DNA from: Gekko japonicus
Taxonomy: Eukaryota
Length of the DNA: 64,000 nt
Direction of reading: 5' to 3'
NCBI RefSeq assembly: GCF_001447785.1
Contig: NW_015169194.1
Location: 488,459 to 552,458 of the forward strand
How positions within the stretch are numbered: the stretch's first letter is position 1; the number at the start of each line of letters is the position of its first letter. Below the pieces are notes generated by a model. The model worked only from the letters and a program-made list of their open reading frames with translations. It searched no databases and was not told the origin of the DNA. The position numbers and the translations under genes were made by a program. Positions 37,924 to 50,812 of the stretch are shown piece by piece.

Positions 37924-38595
37924 TCACCATTCCAGCAACTCTTGTACATCTTCCTTCTTTTTATTTTTCCATACAGCTTGCTGTTGCCTATAGCTAGACT
38001 CCTGAAAAATTTTCTTTACTTGTACAGCAAACCCAGGACTATCTTCTTGTAGAGCATTAAGGGCCCCAAGAACAAGAGGAGTCCTCTCCAGTGGAAGCGA
38101 GGTATTCCGTGGCCTGAGAGGAATGACTGTGTTGCTCTTGTGTGGCTTGGTAAGTGAACTGAACAGACAAGCGTAAGCCTGGAATTCACAGCAATGCTCA
38201 CTAAGGAAGTTTTCTGTCAACAAGATAATTGTCCATGCAGAGCCATTCATGGCATCTTGTAAATTTTCCAACAGGTGCCTACCACTAGGCATTTCAGCAA
38301 AGATTATTCCTGGTTTAATACAGAATTCATTTTGCAGCAGCTCCTGGACTCTAACAGCTTCATCTATATCATCCTCAGCATGAAGAATCACAAACCTGTA
38401 AAATATGCCCCCAGTGTCCTCATCACTGCTGTAAGTTTCTGGTGTGTCTGTATGGCTATTGGTGTCTGTGTCCAATGATAAATCACCCAGTGCAGAATTT
38501 TGATTGAAGACTTTCTGTTCTACACTTCTATAGTGGTCCTTCACACTGTTCCTTGGAGAAAATGGAAACTTTATTTTGGAGTTACTGCTTCCCAT
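37924..38595 (-). CDS. TICAM2: TIR domain-containing adapter molecule 2 (TRAM)
   Basis: MGSSNSK myristoylation motif and a TIR domain (FVILHAEDDIDEAVRVQ..KPGIIFAEMP..NGSAWTIILLTENFL). Single coding exon with an acceptor at 38621, syntenic between TMED7 and FEM1C. Confidence 0.95.
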   Translation of the reverse strand: MGSSNSKIKFPFSPRNSVKDHYRSVEQKVFNQNSALGDLSLDTDTNSHTDTPETYSSDEDTGGIFYRFVILHAEDDIDEAVRVQELLQNEFCIKPGIIFAEMPSGRHLLENLQDAMNGSAWTIILLTENFLSEHCCEFQAYACLFSSLTKPHKSNTVIPLRPRNTSLPLERTPLVLGALNALQEDSPGFAVQVKKIFQESSYRQQQAVWKNKKKEDVQELLEW

Positions 38596-39208
38596 TGTCT
38601 AAAGGCAGTGCTTCTTCCAGTCTATAAACAAATTGAAAGAAGTATCATATCTCATAAAATTTCCAAAATACACTGGTAGCTATACTGATGTCATGTGAGT
38701 GAAAAACAGAAGGCTGGAAAGTAAATCACAGCTAACCATGTGATCCTACATAAAGGAAAGGAGAAAAAAGAGAACTTTTACTTCTTATTCACATAAACAG
38801 AACAGACATTTTCTGCAGAAGAGTAGTATATGCCCATAATACTGTGAACCATAAAAGCATGTGCATTCAGACAAAAAGTTTCGTTTTGTGAGCTTGAATT
38901 CTTATTATGCAGACATTATTTATGCAGTAGGCCACGCACATTTCATTGCATAGCTATAATGAACTCATAAACAAACTAGAATATTTAGAAACTGTGAATT
39001 GAAAATGAAGGCTTAAAATGTGACAATTCACATCTGGGGTATAATTTGACCATGCAGAGATTTATCATCAGGACTGGATCTAAAGATTGCATGTGAGTTG
39101 AATCCAAAGTAACTTGAGCAGAGCTCACAGAACAAGCCCTTCTCACCTCCTATTTTCACTGAGCCCTCTGCAGTCCACATAGACAATAAGTTTCAGCCCA
39201 CCCTAACC

Positions 39209-39690
39209 TAGAAATGTAAAGATGGAGGGGGGGGAGAGAGAAATTTACATGCTCACAAATACTTCTCCCCCCAAGACACAGATTTTTTTTCCCAATGAGA
39301 AAAAAATCTAGCTTTTATTTCAGCTTTTTCAGTGTGTGGGGGAATTAGGAAATTTGGGGGAGCACTGGAAAAAATCCCCCCCTTTTGGAATAAGTAAAAT
39401 GTGCTAAGATTGCATTGAGCACAGCAGTTTGCTTTAATGTTGGGTTATTTGATATTTAGTTAGTAGAAAAACTGATACATTCTATAAATATTCCAATTAA
39501 TACAATTATATATACTAAGTTATAAACAATGCAGTTTATATCATTAAAGAAGCAAAACGGGTTTATGTTTGATAATAAAGTATTGTATTGCATATTTCAG
39601 GGTTTTTTAGTTTAGAACCCCCCCCCCCCCCCGGAAGACAAACAGTTATTTTTCTATGGCTCTAAAATTTCTGGAAATTTTACATCTCTA
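39209..39690. mobile_element. Old non-autonomous hAT copy related to 55107-55741
   Basis: Ends tagaaatgtaaa / ggaaattttacatctcta. No TSD is retained. Confidence 0.55.
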
Positions 39691-40777
39691 CTCAGATCTC
39701 TTTAAGTAGACAAGTGTAGTTTTAGGACAGATCGATTCCATGATTTTAGCCAGCATTCTAGACCTCCCTGGATAACTGTGGGCTGAGTCTATGCAGGAAT
39801 TATACTGGACTAATGAAACAGAGGGCTCAATGGAGGGGGGGAAACTTTGGAGTGGCTTGGCTTTCTGCACACATGAGACCTAAGACCTCCAGATTTCCAG
39901 TCTATGTCGGCCTTTATGAACTTCAAGCCTTGGGCCCCACTGCAGAGGATACAGCAGCAGGGCCAGGCTTGAAATTAAGTACAGACTACCCAATCTGCAC
40001 ATCTTACACTACTCGTTGTTGTACTGCAACATCCAGCCAGAGTAGAAAGCTGCCACTGAATGTACCCAGTTCCTGTGAGACCTACACTGAAATTACCAAA
40101 GCAGCAGAATCAAGACAGACATAACGGAACATGGGAAGCCTTAATCCCTTCCCCAGAACTAGCATTATAGTCCTTCAATCTACTTTGAACTCAGTAGCTA
40201 ACATTTTATAGCAGCTGACATGCAAAGGTGATCTCCACTATTACTTTTAGGTAAAGATTTATGCCGGACTCCCGTCTCTGTCATCCAGGCAAGAACAAAG
40301 AGACACACTCACATATTATCGCAGATAAAAATAGGGAAAGAACACCTGGGACTCTAACCTCAGCTGATCCCGAGGGCCTTCTATCTAATTAGCCTCTTGG
40401 CACAGAGTTGCTAAACAAACTAACTAATAGATATTGTAGAAGCTACTATTCTTACACACTCCAGATGGCAAATGCTCTCAATAACCAATCCATGTATAAA
40501 ACAGAGAAAACAGGGAGGCAGAACCCAGCACTGCAAAATGAGCTATATGAATTTCATACAGCTTATCCCCTTTTTTGACAGAGTTACTATCTTCAAGACA
40601 AAAAGAAATTGAACTTGTCAGTATAATTCCATTTCTGCATAAAAATGCAGCTATGAATCTAATTATTTTTTAAGTGTTGCAATGTGCATTTTGCATGCTC
40701 ATGGGATTGCCACACAAAAGCAGATTATGGGCCCTATTACAGGATTTTGTGCTTCAAGATGCTCAGGTTTAAAATTG

Positions 40778-40988
40778 GGGAGGGGCCATGGCTCAGTAGC
40801 ACAGTATCTGTTTTGCATGTAGACGGTCCCAGCTTCAGTCCCCAGCATCTCCAGTTAAAGGATCAGGTATCAGGTGATGTGAAAAACCTCCAGCTCAGAC
40901 CCTGGAGAATCCCTGCCAATTTGAACAGACAATACTGACGGTGATGGACCAATAGTCTGATTCAGTATAAGACAGCTCCATGTGTTCA
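40778..40988 (+). mobile_element. Squam3-like tRNA-derived SINE
   Basis: Head with A/B-like boxes (tggctcagtag; cttcagtccc) and a CR1-like tail gatggacc...ctgattcagtataagacagc. Confidence 0.65.
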
Positions 40989-41859
40989 AAATACCCCAAA
41001 ACAGAGTTTCTAGCTCTCATCACTACAGAAAAAAGTGTTAATCATGTGGACAATAGATGGTGAATATTCAGAAACCAGAAAGCACATAGGGCTTCCTATG
41101 GTCAGAGTTTGTGTCAGCATACCTGCCTTCTTTACAGGCACTGAATCTCCATGCTGGGAAAAGCAGCTTCTGTTGAATTTCTACCTGTTGCAAAGCTACT
41201 AAACTCAGGAACCAATTTTAGAGCCATTAAAGAGATATATGGGTTGGTAACAAAAGAGATGCTTAGGCTCATGCAGAAGACTTACAGACTGTGGCTGTGG
41301 ACTTTTAAAATGTTTTTCTTCAAGCACCTAATATCCATGCCACTTCACAAACCTTCTGGAACACCACTCACTTTCAAAAACACTTTGCCATGTAGAATGG
41401 GTTAAAGTTCTACATGACCTTAAATATCGCTGCCTCTAGTTCTGGCAACTGCCCATTCATACAGCAGAAAGCGATAGATCCCTTTCCATTTCTTCGAGTT
41501 TTCCATCATGCAATCACAGACAACTTTGGATGGAAGAGGTCACCTACTTTATGTTGGGCACTATAAACAGGACCGGTATTGCTTCTTCCTTCTCCCCCCT
41601 TGTCATCTAAGACAACTTAAGGAAGGATACATGGTAACCACAAATCACACCTGACTACTAAGCCAATCTAAAATGTTTAGATGTTCTGGCTAAAATTTAA
41701 AAAATCAAATATAAATTCCCCTTGGGCGTATCTTAATAGCTTTCATATTTTTCTGGATCTTGAATACAAACTTCGGTTAGGTCAAAGAAAATAAAACAGA
41801 GAGTGCTACAAGGGGAAAATTATATGTGACAAGTAATTAAAGATCAAAACTTTGATCCA

Positions 41860-43050
41860 CAATGACTTTACGAATCCTCAGTGTCTCTTCTTGCTCCCCA
41901 CCACCACTTCCCTGTGCCTTACTCTCCACTCAAAACTTCACCAATAGTTTGAACCTCTGCTCTCTCTGCTTCCCCACCTTTTCCATTGTCTTCCCATTCT
42001 CCCATCTCACTCAACGTGTTGACTTCTATCATCCTCATTTAATCCTCCCACCCCCTCAAATCCTGATCATCTTCTTTATTACCCTTCCCTACCTCATTCA
42101 AACTTGCCACTGCTCCAATTCTCTAAAAAAGAACCCCTCTTCCAAAAAGGCCCACTGCACACCCCTAACTACCAGCTGATTTCCCTTCTACTTTACTCTC
42201 TAAAGCCTGGGGACATGGCCACTTACTCCCACACTCTCTCTACTATCTCCTTCCTCAGATTCCTCTCCTGTCCCTCTACAGCCTGACTTTCATCCTTTGC
42301 CAATGATTTTCATGAGTGCTCTCCATGGAAACTGCCACCTCCTCATTGGCAAACCTCTCTGCTGCCTTTGATACATCCATCACTCTTTACTGCTTGACTC
42401 CATTCACACCCTAGGCTTCCAGGACCCTGTCCTTTGCTAGTTTTCATCTTACCCTCCAATCGGTCACCCAGTGTTTCCACAGAGGGAGGCTTCCCTGCTG
42501 CTTTCTCCCCCTCTGCTGTGGCCGTGCAAGGATTTGTCTTTGGTCATGTTATACTTACACTCTGTCCCTGGATGACCCTCATCAGTCCTCATAGCTTTCA
42601 AGTACCAGCTGTGCTCTGGTGACACTCAGTTCCACATGTCTCCCTCACAAGCTAGTCCCTCCATCTAGTCCTGGATCTACAACTGCAAGTCCAGTAATTC
42701 ATTGTCACTTCAAGAATCAATTTCTCATCTTTCTTCCCAAGCCACCACCTCCTTCTTTAGTCTCACTGTCCATTGAACAACCTCACTGTCTACCCTGTTG
42801 ATCAGGTGCATCCTCTTGGTTTGATTCCTTCCTTTACTTTGCTTGCTGTATCAGCTTATTGCCAAGTTGCCCCCTAGGTGAAAACTCTGGTACACAGGCC
42901 AGTCATCTCCCCCCCCTCCCCTTCTCTAGTGCCCTTTCCCTTTTCTCAGATCCCCGAACTGCTTATCTGTCTGCTCACAGGTTTAGCACAAACTTATTGC
43001 CCTTACTTGCAAAGCCCTGCATGGCCTGGCTCCCTATGTCTGTGCCCTGC
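41860..43050 (+). mobile_element. Ancient L2 remnant
   Basis: Pyrimidine-rich, with ctctctgctgcctttgataca (LSAAFDT, an RT motif) at about 42355. Confidence 0.55.
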
Positions 43051-43199
43051 GACCATCTGAAAGTTTCCAGCACCCTTAAGTGACTCCACCCTTTCTCCCT
43101 TGCAGCCACCTTCCTGTACATTAGAAGCAAATCTTGTGCTGCCTCCCAATTACAGCCAGGCGAGTCCAGGCTTCCCGCAGAAAGACAGCCCTGGCCTGC

Positions 43200-44130
43200 A
43201 CTGGGGAATCGCCACACTGAAAATACGCGCGCCTGCATCTTTGGTACAAAAGCGATGCCTCCACGAAGAGCATCCTGAGCTAGGCTACGGCGAGAAAAGG
43301 GAGCAATCCTGGACCAGACCTGGTAACGCTCCAAGACGTTGAGCGGAAGAAGGTTTCGCCCGCTGCTGCTGCCGCCGCTTGAGGCCGCTCTGGTTGAAGA
43401 AAATCGGGAGGGGAGGGGGGGGGGACGCAGCGCCTGAAGGGGTCTAGCACCGCCTTGTGCAGAAGGGGCTGCTCGGGACGGAGACCTCTAGCTTCGCGCC
43501 AGGCAAGGGGAAGGCATGTGGTGGAGGGCCTGGGCCGCAACTTCTGGGCTGGGTCAAGTCGCGAGCGAGCGACCCCGGAGGCGCACCCAGCCCGCCCGCC
43601 CGCCCCGCCCTAAGAAGTGGTGCTTACCAGGACGGCCCCGGCCCGGGAGAAGATTCACGTTGCCCGCAGAGAAGCTTCGCTACTGTCCCGCCGAGAAAGG
43701 GAAGCCGAAGCGCGGGTGGGGCGGAATCAAGAGCTCTTGGTGGGGGCGGCTGTGAGACTCCGCTCCAGCGGCGGGGGAGGGAGAGGCAGGAAGCTTGGCC
43801 GACAAAAGGGGCATTCCGGCTTGGCTTGGCTTCCTCTTTCCTCCGCTGAAGGCTGGAGCGAGGTTTTACTTGAAGCTGTGCAGCTTTGCTTCCGTCCCAT
43901 CAGAAACTTCGTCGTCATCCGTCGCGGTGCAAGAAGAGAGAGAAGGACGTCTCCCAATGAACGGGGGAGGAGGAAGGGAGGGCCCCTAACTGGGTTGGGA
44001 GGAGAAAATGCGAAGAAGGGTCGTACATGATGATTTTTACAGTGTATTTTATAGCGGGCGAGAGAGTAGTTCCAAAACTCGTTGAAGCAAGAAAAGAGGC
44101 CGCAGATGCGTAGATTTTAATTTCGCTAGG
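43200..44130 (-). promoter_or_regulatory. TICAM2: TICAM2 CpG-island promoter and probable non-coding exon 1
   Basis: CpG-rich, with GC boxes and GGAAG motifs. Strong minus-strand donor CTG|GTAAGC (exon end 43628) lies upstream of the 38621 acceptor. Confidence 0.7.
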
Positions 44131-44574
44131 TCTGGGACACGCTCTTCAAAAAGTCATTTTTGTCACTCGTTTGCCTTTTGAGTCCCGTCCCTCCCTTTTC
44201 CAAGTGTGTTTTGCTCCCTCTGGGACTACTAAAGAGAGCAAAACACATTGGGGGAAAGAACCCTGAAGCAATAGGGACAAACGAGTGACCAAAATGACAG
44301 TGCGGAAGAGCCCTATGGGCAGACAGACAGACACGCAACAAGACCTTGCCCATTATGTTTGGTTTCCCTTGCCTCTGCATAGCAGCCATTCCCCAAGCAT
44401 TCGGACATAAACCAGAGCAGGTTTTAAGTCTGAAATAATTCTACGAATAGAATAAGCAGATACATGATGACATTGTAGCTTTCATGACTAAACCACCAGC
44501 AGAAATCAAGAGTAATTGTGTTTAAACAAAGTAGATGCCAGATTAACCGAGGCTGTCCAATTTTAACAAACACA

Positions 44575-44862
44575 GTTTCTAGCTAGATTAAAATACATTT
44601 CAATTAATGTATGTATTCAAATAAACTGGCTACAGTACATAATTACCAGAGAGAGCTGTTGATGGAATACTCCAGGCATGTTCATTCTATTAATTTTGCT
44701 TCACTTTTCTCTGAACCATTCGTTTCTAGCTAGATGAAAATACATTTCTATTAATGTATGTATTCAAATAAACTGGTATATAATTACCAGAGAGAGCTGT
44801 TGATGGAGTACTCCAGGCATGTTCATTCTATTAATTTTGCTTCACTTTTCTCTGAATCATTC
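44575..44862. repeat. Tandem duplication, 147 bp + 141 bp
   Basis: 44575-44721 is nearly identical to 44722-44862. Confidence 0.95.
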
Positions 44863-45009
44863 TTTTAAGGAAAAAACCACATATTACAAATCAAAATTTA
44901 CATACACATCAATCTGATTTGAATATGGGAGTTTTCCCTATCTGACCCATACCAGTTCTGTCTTCACTCTGGTCTTGTGTGGATTCAGCTTCAGGTGTTT
45001 TCTTTAAGG

Positions 45010-45380
45010 CCATAAGAAAGAGCCCTGCTGAATCAGACCGATAGTCCATCTAGTCCAGCATCTTGTTTCACACAATGGGCAACCAGTTCCTCTGGATGGC
45101 CAATAACAGGGCATAGAGTCTGAGGCCTTCCCCTGATATTGCCTCCTGGCTTTGGGATTTAGAGGATTAGTGCTTCTGAATGTGGAGATTTCCCTGTCAC
45201 CATGGCTAGTAGCCATTGATAGACTTATCTTCCGTGGATCTATCTAATCCCCCTTTAAAGCTGTTTATTCCTGTGGCCATCACTACATCCTCTCTGGCAG
45301 CAAATTCCACATTTTAATTACTCTGTATAAAATAGTATTGCCTTTTGTCCATTCTGAATCTACTGCCCATCAGCTTCTTT
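45010..45380 (-). mobile_element. CR1 3' end
   Basis: cataagaaagagccctgctgaatcagacc...tagtccagcatc, homologous to 2575-3120. Confidence 0.65.
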
Positions 45381-46986
45381 CTGCCACTTGATCACAGCTG
45401 TCAGACACTGGCTAGGAGGGAGACAGCTGCTTCTGAAGGCTTAAATAATGTATACTCAGTGTCATCAATGTATCTGACACCAAACTACAAAAAACAACTG
45501 AGACTACATATGGGGCTTTAACCAATTTCCCAGTTCAGCAGCAAACCTCTCCAACTCCCCCCCCACACACACACACACTGTTCTTGAGGTTCCATTGTCC
45601 CTTGGGACAGCAGGGGAAACTGAGAAACTTATGCTGTGCTGATGGAAATCCTTTCTATCAGTGGCGATTTCTGGTGGATCCAAGGCTTTGCCTCCTCCCT
45701 TGGTATTTCTTACATCACTATGCAGGCCTTCCCCACTAGATCTTAGGGAAAGGATTTCAGACCACCACACCTGAGGGTCTCCAGAGTTAAGATAAATTTG
45801 TTGCTTGTCTAGAGCTGAAAACAAAGGCAGCTGCCATGGTACTTACAGAGCTTTGTTACAGTGGTTGGACTATTAAGAGACATAAAAACTTTAATAAAAA
45901 AACAGTATAGTAGTGATGAAGCAAACCAATGGGCCACAGAGACACCATTTTCTGATACAAGTAACCCCATATGGAAGTTCACATACTAGAGAAGAGGGTG
46001 ATATTAATTCCTGGTTGTTAGTTTTCCACATCTTATAATTTGTGGTTTCTTTGAAAATGGTAGGTATAACTCTGGTTGCTATGGTTTACCATAATACCCT
46101 GAATTCTCCAGGATCAGTCATTTCCACACTTTCTGCAGATTTTTTAAATGGTTGTGCATGCCTTGTGGAATACTTTTCCAGAATACATGAGGACAGGTGC
46201 ATAGCCACGATGGGGCATTTAAGGGCCATGTCCTCTCACTAGTTAGTCCTGCCCCACCAGCAGCAGTAACTCCAGCACCTCGCAGGCCCTGCTGCCCACC
46301 TTCCGTGCCACACTGGGAATAGCCACCCACAGGGCCAGGCATACCACCCAAAGGTCAGCTGGTGGGCCAGAAGCAGGGAGGGAGGAGAGGTGTATCCCAG
46401 CAGGCTGGCCACACAAACTCCCACGAGGCTGAAGGCACACTGTCCAAAGCCACAAGTGGAGGTGAGAGGTCAAGGCAGCCTGCCATTGCTCCCCTGCCCC
46501 ACCACCCAGAAATTCCTGGGTACACCCCTGTGTGAGGAAGGCTTCTACTCTGGCACAGTTCTGGAAGTTGGGCAAGGATGAACGTTTTGAGAAGCCGCCC
46601 CCCTCCATCCAGTAGCTTCCATCAGTGGCAACTGTCCACACGTTAAAAATATTGAAACAATTTTTAATGGCACTTGCTGTTTTAATTCCTTTTCCTATTA
46701 ATGCCTAAGTACTGTATTTGCTTTTTTGTGTGTGTAGCATGACATTTTCAGTGATCCCTTCACCGACATGCCCGATAAATTGTTCTCAGCTGTCACAAGA
46801 TACTGTAAAGTGTTTATGAAGTCATATGATTAGTCAGAAAGTAACACATGGAATTTCCACTAAAGCAAATATCTACTGCATATATTATTTCCCCCTTTAA
46901 TCTCTCTTCCTCTTTCTTTATAGTCTCATCTTCTTCAACTGTAAGCCTGAAAGACAAGTTCATTTTGTTTTTTAAAATTCCGTTAA

Positions 46987-47367
46987 CAGGCGGAGGGAAG
47001 AGAGGGGATGCTTGCTAGCAGGAAGAAGACTCGGAGGACAAGGAGGCCATGTGGCTGCCCCTCCCTCCCCTCTCTTCCCCCACCAGCTGAGTAGAGAGAT
47101 TTAAATTTTAAACCGCCTCTCTGGAGTTGTGCCACAGCTACAGCACGATTTTTTCATTGTATCCAGTGGAGAAATTGTGCTGCCACTACAGCATGACTCC
47201 AGAGAGGGGGTTTAAAGTTTGAACTGCCCATTTGCCCATCCTCCTTTAAAACTCCTCCCTGCTCAGCTGGCTAGCAGGGGAAGGGGGGGTGGCTGTGTGG
47301 CCTCTGTTGCCGGCCACGAAGACTCTGCTGGCAAGAGGCTGCACCTCCCCTCTCTTCATCCTGCCTG
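46987..47367. repeat. Degenerate inverted repeat of about 380 bp (MITE-like)
   Basis: Nested complementary arms around about 47161, for example ctctctggagt/actccagagag, cagctgag/ctcagctg, gaagagagggg/cccctctcttc. Confidence 0.7.
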
Positions 47368-48593
47368 CCAGCTTCTTAAGGCACTGCAGACTTCACTTTG
47401 GGTGGAAGGAGGGAAATCTTGTGGGGCTGCCCCCTTAAGGGAGGGGGTGGAGCCCGCAATAGCCCCACCGTAGCTCCAGGACAGATAACAGTATTTTAAG
47501 GTGCCTTCTGTTTATAACTGAACACGAGTGCTTCTTGATCAATTATGAAACAACATGCACACCTAACAGATGTCGTAAAATATGAGATAATGCAATAATA
47601 CTAAAAGCCATTTCTGAAGATAGGTTTTCTTTTCATTTTGCTTTAATTGCTTAAATGCTCAAATTACAGTATCCAGGTACAGGTATAGTTTTGAATACTT
47701 AATATAGACCGGTATTAAAAGTGTTGCTTAGGTTTATACCATGTGGCTTATGCTAACTTAGCATAAATTTGCCTTTTCTTCTTAGAATGCCTATTTGATT
47801 CTCCAAATGCCCTGTTGCACCCTCCAGCTTCAAAACTGTCTTGCAGCACAGAGATGCTGCAGTTAAAGGCAACCTAGTCTTGGAGATTGTTTTCCCCCTT
47901 ACAAACCAGGATTAAATTGAGGTTTAGAATCTAGGGAATAATATGTTTTGTCCAGACAACTGCATTTGAATGTCATGTCAAATTAAAACAGGATTCTAGG
48001 CTACCCGGCCATCAAAACTTAAATTTCTTTCTATCCACAATGGGGGAAAGCAGGGTTGAATAAGGCAATATGGCCACAAGCTGTGTTTGTGCCCATCAGA
48101 AAATGCTTTTTCATGGCACTGTTTGTAGCAGTATTTTAAACAACGGGGGATGATAGATATATTAGAGGGTTGAAGTATTTTTTATATTAAAGCACTTTCA
48201 ATTGCAGCCATTTTAGCCCCTTGTTTGTTTGTTTTCTTGCTCTAAAACTAATGGCGGTTACTCAGAACCTCAAAAATTATAGGGAACATTTTTGAAGCAC
48301 ATTGTTTGACTTGACATTGAATTGACATATATAGATCCCATTTGCACTGAATATCCTTTAAGTGACACTTAGTTTAAGAATCCAAAGACAATCCTAGTAA
48401 CTATATCAACAATTAAGAGTTAGACTGCAATCTTATACCTATTTCCTTTAAAGTAATCCTACTAAGTAGGGGCCACTGCTGAGTAAACATAAAACCAGGC
48501 TGTTAGTTTTCAGATTCCCTCATATTAGAATCATTCTAACTCGAGCTTTAGAATGGTCCCGATATAAACCAACCCCCTTGATTTGAGAAATAT

Positions 48594-48919
48594 TTGTTGT
48601 TCAGTCGCACAGTCGAGTCCGACTCTTCGCGACCCCATGGACCAGATCACGCCAGCACCTCCTCTTCCGCCGTCCTCTGAAGTTGGCTCAATTTCATGTT
48701 CGTTGCATCTATAACACTATCTAACCATCTCATCCTTTGCCGTCCCCGTCTTCTTTGACCTTCAGTCTTTCCCAGTATCAGGGTCTTCTCCAGTGAGTGC
48801 TCCCTTCTCATTTGGTGGCCAAAGTATTTGAGCTTCAGTTTCATTATCTGGCCTTCCAGGGAACAGTCAAGGTTGATTTCTTTTAGGATTGACTGATTTG
48901 ATCTTGCAGTCCAAGGGAA
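48594..48919 (-). mobile_element. 5'-truncated BovB (RTE) LINE
   Basis: KLKLKYFGHQMRREHSLEKTLILGKTEGQRRRGRQRMRWLD and a (caa)n tail. 9-bp TSD gagaaatat at 48585-48593 and 48920-48928. Confidence 0.92.
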
Positions 48920-48984
48920 GAGAAATATATGTGCTGTATTAAGTCCTCAAAGAAAGATCCACTCCAGCAGAACTTTATATTAAT

Positions 48985-48990
48985 TTTATT
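48985..48990 (-). terminator. Candidate distal TMED7 polyadenylation signal
   Basis: AATAAA about 3 kb past the stop codon, at the end of a largely repeat-poor AT-rich stretch. Usage is inferred. Confidence 0.4.
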
Positions 48991-50583
48991 ATCCCATATA
49001 ACGTTCACAGGGCCAATTTAGTGTCAGTAAGAAAAAGGCTTGCAAATTATATCAGTACTTAGACATTTCACATCATGAAACACATGTAGACTTAAAACAT
49101 CTTTTGTTGTGGTTATTACTTCAACCTCAGATGTGCACCACAGGTTTTGTTTGTACAACTGTTCAGTTTTTACAGCATTTTAAAACCCACTTTTATATCA
49201 ATTCTCCTGTGTGCCTGTTAACTCCTACTACCTAATCAGGTGATTTGGAATTTGTGTGAAGCATGAAATACATTTTTTTTTAATGTGCCGTCCAGAAAGA
49301 TAGGAGATAGGTGGAACACAACTAGTTTAAGAGCTAGTGTCACAAACCCACTACAGCAGAACCACCAAGTTAGGCAGACCCATATACATTAACATTACTA
49401 GCAGGGGAAATTATGAAGCAGAACTCACACACAGTTCAACATATAGTAAAGGATTAATTCAGATAACTAGCAGCCATACAGCAACCACTTAGAACATGTA
49501 ATTGCATGAGGGAGTCATATGTAGATGCTAACCATGTGGCTTTATCTATAGTCTTTAACAATATGGCTGGTCACAACTGTACTGTTTGGAAATCCGTGGA
49601 ACCTGAAGATTTGATAAGCTTTGCCACTTGGTTAGAGACCAGAGAAAACTACCTCTCATGTTTTTACAGGCACAAGTGGTATAGTTTTAACTGGCTACTG
49701 CATGGCCCTTGGTTGTCTGAATCTACCTAATATCAGAACATAATTAGTCATGAACTTATCAACTGGGATGTTATTTAAGTCCCTCAACTGGCCTACTTAC
49801 AAGTAGCTTTCAGCTTTAATCTGAACAGGTATGCTTTCACAAGACCTTTGCTCTTTATAGCCAAATCCCCTAACCATTATTGGTAACATACCAACCCTTT
49901 GTTTATGTAAGGCTCCTAAATATTTCTCAATAGTAGAAATGGAGCGGCAAGTTAGTCTCCAGCAATAATGAGTTTATTTTATAGTCTTGTCATAATTACC
50001 CTGCAGGTACAGTCAAGTTTATTTTATACAAGCTGAAGCGCTACAGTAAAAAATGAAATAAAATCACACACTGAGTTACTTGTATGGGGCTTTAATCATT
50101 TACAGGTCTTCCCTGGCCCTAAAATACACACTTTTATAGGGTTTTTTTAAAGCCTCTCTCTCTCACACGCACACAGAGTAATTAAGGGGACACTTTAACA
50201 TACTCAATAACTAAATAAACTAAGAATCCTCAGATTCATCATCGAAGCTGAACTGCTCAATATGAAGGTGAATCTAACTCTCCCCTCCTTACAACCACCA
50301 GCATTTAAATTTGACACAATGATCCAGGTTCATACATGGGTGTGTGTAACACATTTTTCTGGGACTGATAGCATACCTACACAATTGTAGGGACTACCTA
50401 CAATTGCAAAAACAGAGTGAGGCAACTTTGTTGGAAAATTCAATGCGAAGTGTGTTTCTGTGATTGTTAGCTTCAGTGGTCTTCATGTTTACCAACACTG
50501 CAAGTCAAGTTTCTATTTTTTCCTTGATACAAGCTGCCTTCTTTATTTCAAAATATACAAATAAACTCTCTTGAAGTCTGTGA

Positions 50584-50812
50584 GGGCCAAACTACATGTT
50601 TGTGTTTTTAAAGACTTGAGTAACGGGGCTGGGTTCCCCACAGCAGCTGCATGTGACAACTTTTAAAAAATAAATGAAAGCCTGTTTGGTCTTGAAGCAC
50701 CAACACGTGTACAGGAAGAGCTACTGCCTTCCTCTGAATGGCTTTCCTGCACTGCTTGGCTGCAGGGAACCAGGACCCAACTCTTCAAAAACACGAACAA
50801 CTAGTTTGGCCC
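50584..50812. mobile_element. PIF/Harbinger MITE
   Basis: TIR gggccaaacta / tagtttggccc with a 3-bp TSD TGA. Confidence 0.75.

Noticed and set aside
43100-44030. Multiple overlapping ORFs (also 21146-21941, 30246-30964, 60230-60588)
   Set aside because: GC-rich sequence poor in stop codons, with no recognisable domains.
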